64,000 bases of DNA, taken from contig NIVC01002269.1 in the NCBI GenBank assembly GCA_002269645.1, forward strand, positions 1-64,000, given 5' to 3'. This document shows positions 61,798 to 64,000 of the stretch, piece by piece; position 1 is the first letter of the stretch; each line of letters begins with the position of its first letter. A program made the position numbers and the translations under genes. Below the pieces are notes generated by a model that ran no database searches, was not told where the DNA came from, and saw only the letters and a list, made by a program, of their open reading frames with translations. This DNA comes from Macrostomum lignano. Its lineage: Eukaryota.

Positions 61798-63285
61798 GGA
61801 CTGTAATTAAACTTTTGGTCTTCTTCGATCGGGACTCATCCGGATTCTGGGATCGGGACTCATCAGGATTCTGGAATCGGGACTCATCGGGATTCTGGGA
61901 TCGGGATTCATCAGGATTCTGGGATCGGGACTCATCAGGATTCTGGGATCGGGATTCATCAGGATTCTGGGATCGGGATTCATCAGGATTCTGGGATCGG
62001 GATTCATCAGGATTCTGGGATCGGGATTCATCAGGATTCTGGGATCGGGATTCATCAGGATTCTGGGATCGGGATTCATCAGGATTCTGGGATCGGGATT
62101 CATCAGGATTCTGGGATCGGGATTCATCAGGATTCTGGGATCGGGATTCATCAGGATTCTGGGATCGGGACTCATCGGGATTCTGGGATCGGGATTCATC
62201 AGGATTCTGGGATCGGGACTCATCAGGATTCTGGGATCGGGACTCATCAGGATTCTGGGATCGGGATTCATCAGGATTCTGGGATCGGGATTCATCAGGA
62301 TTCTGGGATCGGGATTCATCAGGATTCTGGGATCGGGATTCATCAGGATTCTGGGATCGGGATTCATCAGGATTCTGGGATCGGGACTCATCAGGATTCT
62401 GGGATCGGGACTCATCAGGATTCTGGGATCGGGACTCATCGGGATTCTGGGATCGGGATTCATCAGGATTCTGGGATCGGGACTCATCAGGATTCTGGGA
62501 TCGGGACTCATCGGGATTCAGGGATCGGGATTCATCAGGATTCTGGGATCGGGACTCATCGGGATTCTGGGATCGGGATTCATCAGGATTCTGGGATCGG
62601 GACTCATCAGGATTCTGGGATCGGGACTCATCAGGATTCTGGGATCGGGATTCATCAGGATTCTGGGATCGGGATTCATCAGGATTCTGGATCGGGATTC
62701 ATCAGGATTCTGGGATCGGGATTCATCAGGATTCTGGGATCGGGATTCATCAGGATTCTGGGATCGGGACTCATCGGGATTCTGGGATCGGGATTCATCA
62801 GGATTCTGGGATCGGGACTCATCATGATTCTGGGATCGGGACTCATCAGGATTCTGGGATCGGGATTCATCAGGATTCTGGGATCGGGATTCATCAGGAT
62901 TCTGGGATCGGGATTCATCAGGATTCTGGGATCGGGATTCATCAGGATTCTGGGATCGGGATTCATCAGGATTCTGGGATCGGGACTCATCAGGATTCTG
63001 GGATCGGGACTCATCAGGATTCTGGGATCGGGACTCATCGGGATTCTGGGATCGGGATTCATCAGGATTCTGGGATCGGGACTCATCTCGAGCTGCACAC
63101 CCTCGCGCTCGTAAAAGTTGGCCATGTAGGCGGCCTTATCCTCATCGGACATGGAGGAGGAACCGCCAGACTCTTCCTTGAGCAGTGTGTCGGCGTCCGT
63201 GCGCACACTTTTGCTACACAGAGTCCCATGCCGACCCATTGTGCGCGATAGCAATGGTCCCTTTTGTAAAAACCGCTAGTTTAAA
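61798..63285 (-). mobile_element. Decayed Polinton/Maverick (adintovirus-like) protein-primed DNA polymerase B remnant, interrupted by a minisatellite
   Basis: KGTIAIAHNGSAWD (63264-63223) resembles the ExoII motif. After a frameshift and large deletion, DTLLKEESG...SDEDKAAYMANFYEREGVQLE (63191-63087) matches the pPolB TFLKxKxEASG...EEKxxYIxxYxExEGIxLD segment. Beyond the array, PDRRRPKV*LQS lines up with NPGxRxxAKLxLNS (motif B). Confidence 0.8.
61826..63086. repeat. 24-bp minisatellite (~52 units)
   Basis: Unit GGGATTCATCAGGATTCTGGGATC; a single-base deletion near 62690 shifts the frame of the repeat ORFs. Confidence 0.97.
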
Positions 63286-63287
63286 GG

Positions 63288-63500
63288 CAGGGAGAGAGGC
63301 AGGGAGAGAGGCGGGGAGAGAGGCAGGGAGAGAGGCAGGGAGAGAGGCAGGGAGAGAGGCAGGGAGAGAGGCAGGGAGAGAGGCAGGGAGAGAGGCAGGG
63401 AGAGAGGCAGGGAGAGAGGCAGAGGAGAGAGGCAGGGAGAGAGGCAGGGAGAGAGGCAGGGAGAGAGGCAGGGAGAGAGGCAGGGAGAGAGGCAGAGGAG
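63288..63500. repeat. 12-bp purine-rich tandem repeat
   Basis: Unit AGGGAGAGAGGC. Confidence 0.96.
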
Positions 63501-64000
63501 AGATGCAGGCTGGGGCACCAGCCAAAGGGAGGGGCCCGGCTATTATCAATACTGGTCGGACACCCACCTTGCCTCCAGCATGTATTAAGTACTGTGCGAC
63601 TGAATATATCTCTTCAGAAGTGTGCAGTTGGTCAATCCAAAACCCCACGAAAGCTCAAGTTGAAAGCCTGAAAGAAATCTCTTCCATTCATTGCCTTGAG
63701 TACAGTGAAACCTGAGAACTCACAAAAACGGTTTGGAAAGAGGGGGTGAGAGAAAAATGAATGTACATGTACTGCTCATGAGACGCCTGTGCGCACAACG
63801 CCTTCCATGCTTTTTACCATGCGATAGCAGCAAACTGTGCACACTGCTTTCTCATTTCTGTCCCCCGCTACTGCTTCGGTACAAAAAGAGCCAGCTTGGA
63901 AAAGACAAAATTTTATAAATTCTTGCGCACCACTGACGGGACTCCTGCGGATAGCCCCCCCCCCCAACGAACGTTCGTTGGAGAGCCCACCCAACGAACT

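Noticed and set aside
63964-63981. 18-bp perfect palindrome at the window edge
   Set aside because: Context is truncated, so it cannot be tied to a Polinton terminus.

Overview
Eukaryotic animal genomic DNA, most likely a free-living flatworm of the Macrostomum type. That assignment is an inference from the AMRLMRL-amide precursor, the GC-rich exons and the minisatellite-filled introns. Most long ORFs in the six-frame track are artefacts of tandem repeats. Four spliced genes can be reconstructed by hand: coatomer zeta (minus, 22528-18253; no in-frame ATG, with a candidate 21-nt microexon), a myomodulin-like prepropeptide with 12 identical AMRLMRL-amide copies (plus, 31392-34725), the cohesin loader MAU2/Scc4 (minus, 8 exons, 51805-41455), and a short single-domain bacterial-type L-asparaginase with spliceosomal introns (plus, 59823-61542) that the ORF track misses. 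Mobile DNA includes a 5'-truncated LINE with a (CAA)n tail, two copies of a tRNA-headed SINE with a MIR/CORE-like domain, three hAT-like MITEs and a decayed Polinton/Maverick-type protein-primed DNA polymerase. A 24-bp minisatellite appears to have arisen from that polymerase's own coding sequence. About 25 unrelated minisatellite arrays occur, at least one in every MAU2 and COPZ intron. Positions 1-10000 contain no recognisable protein-coding sequence.
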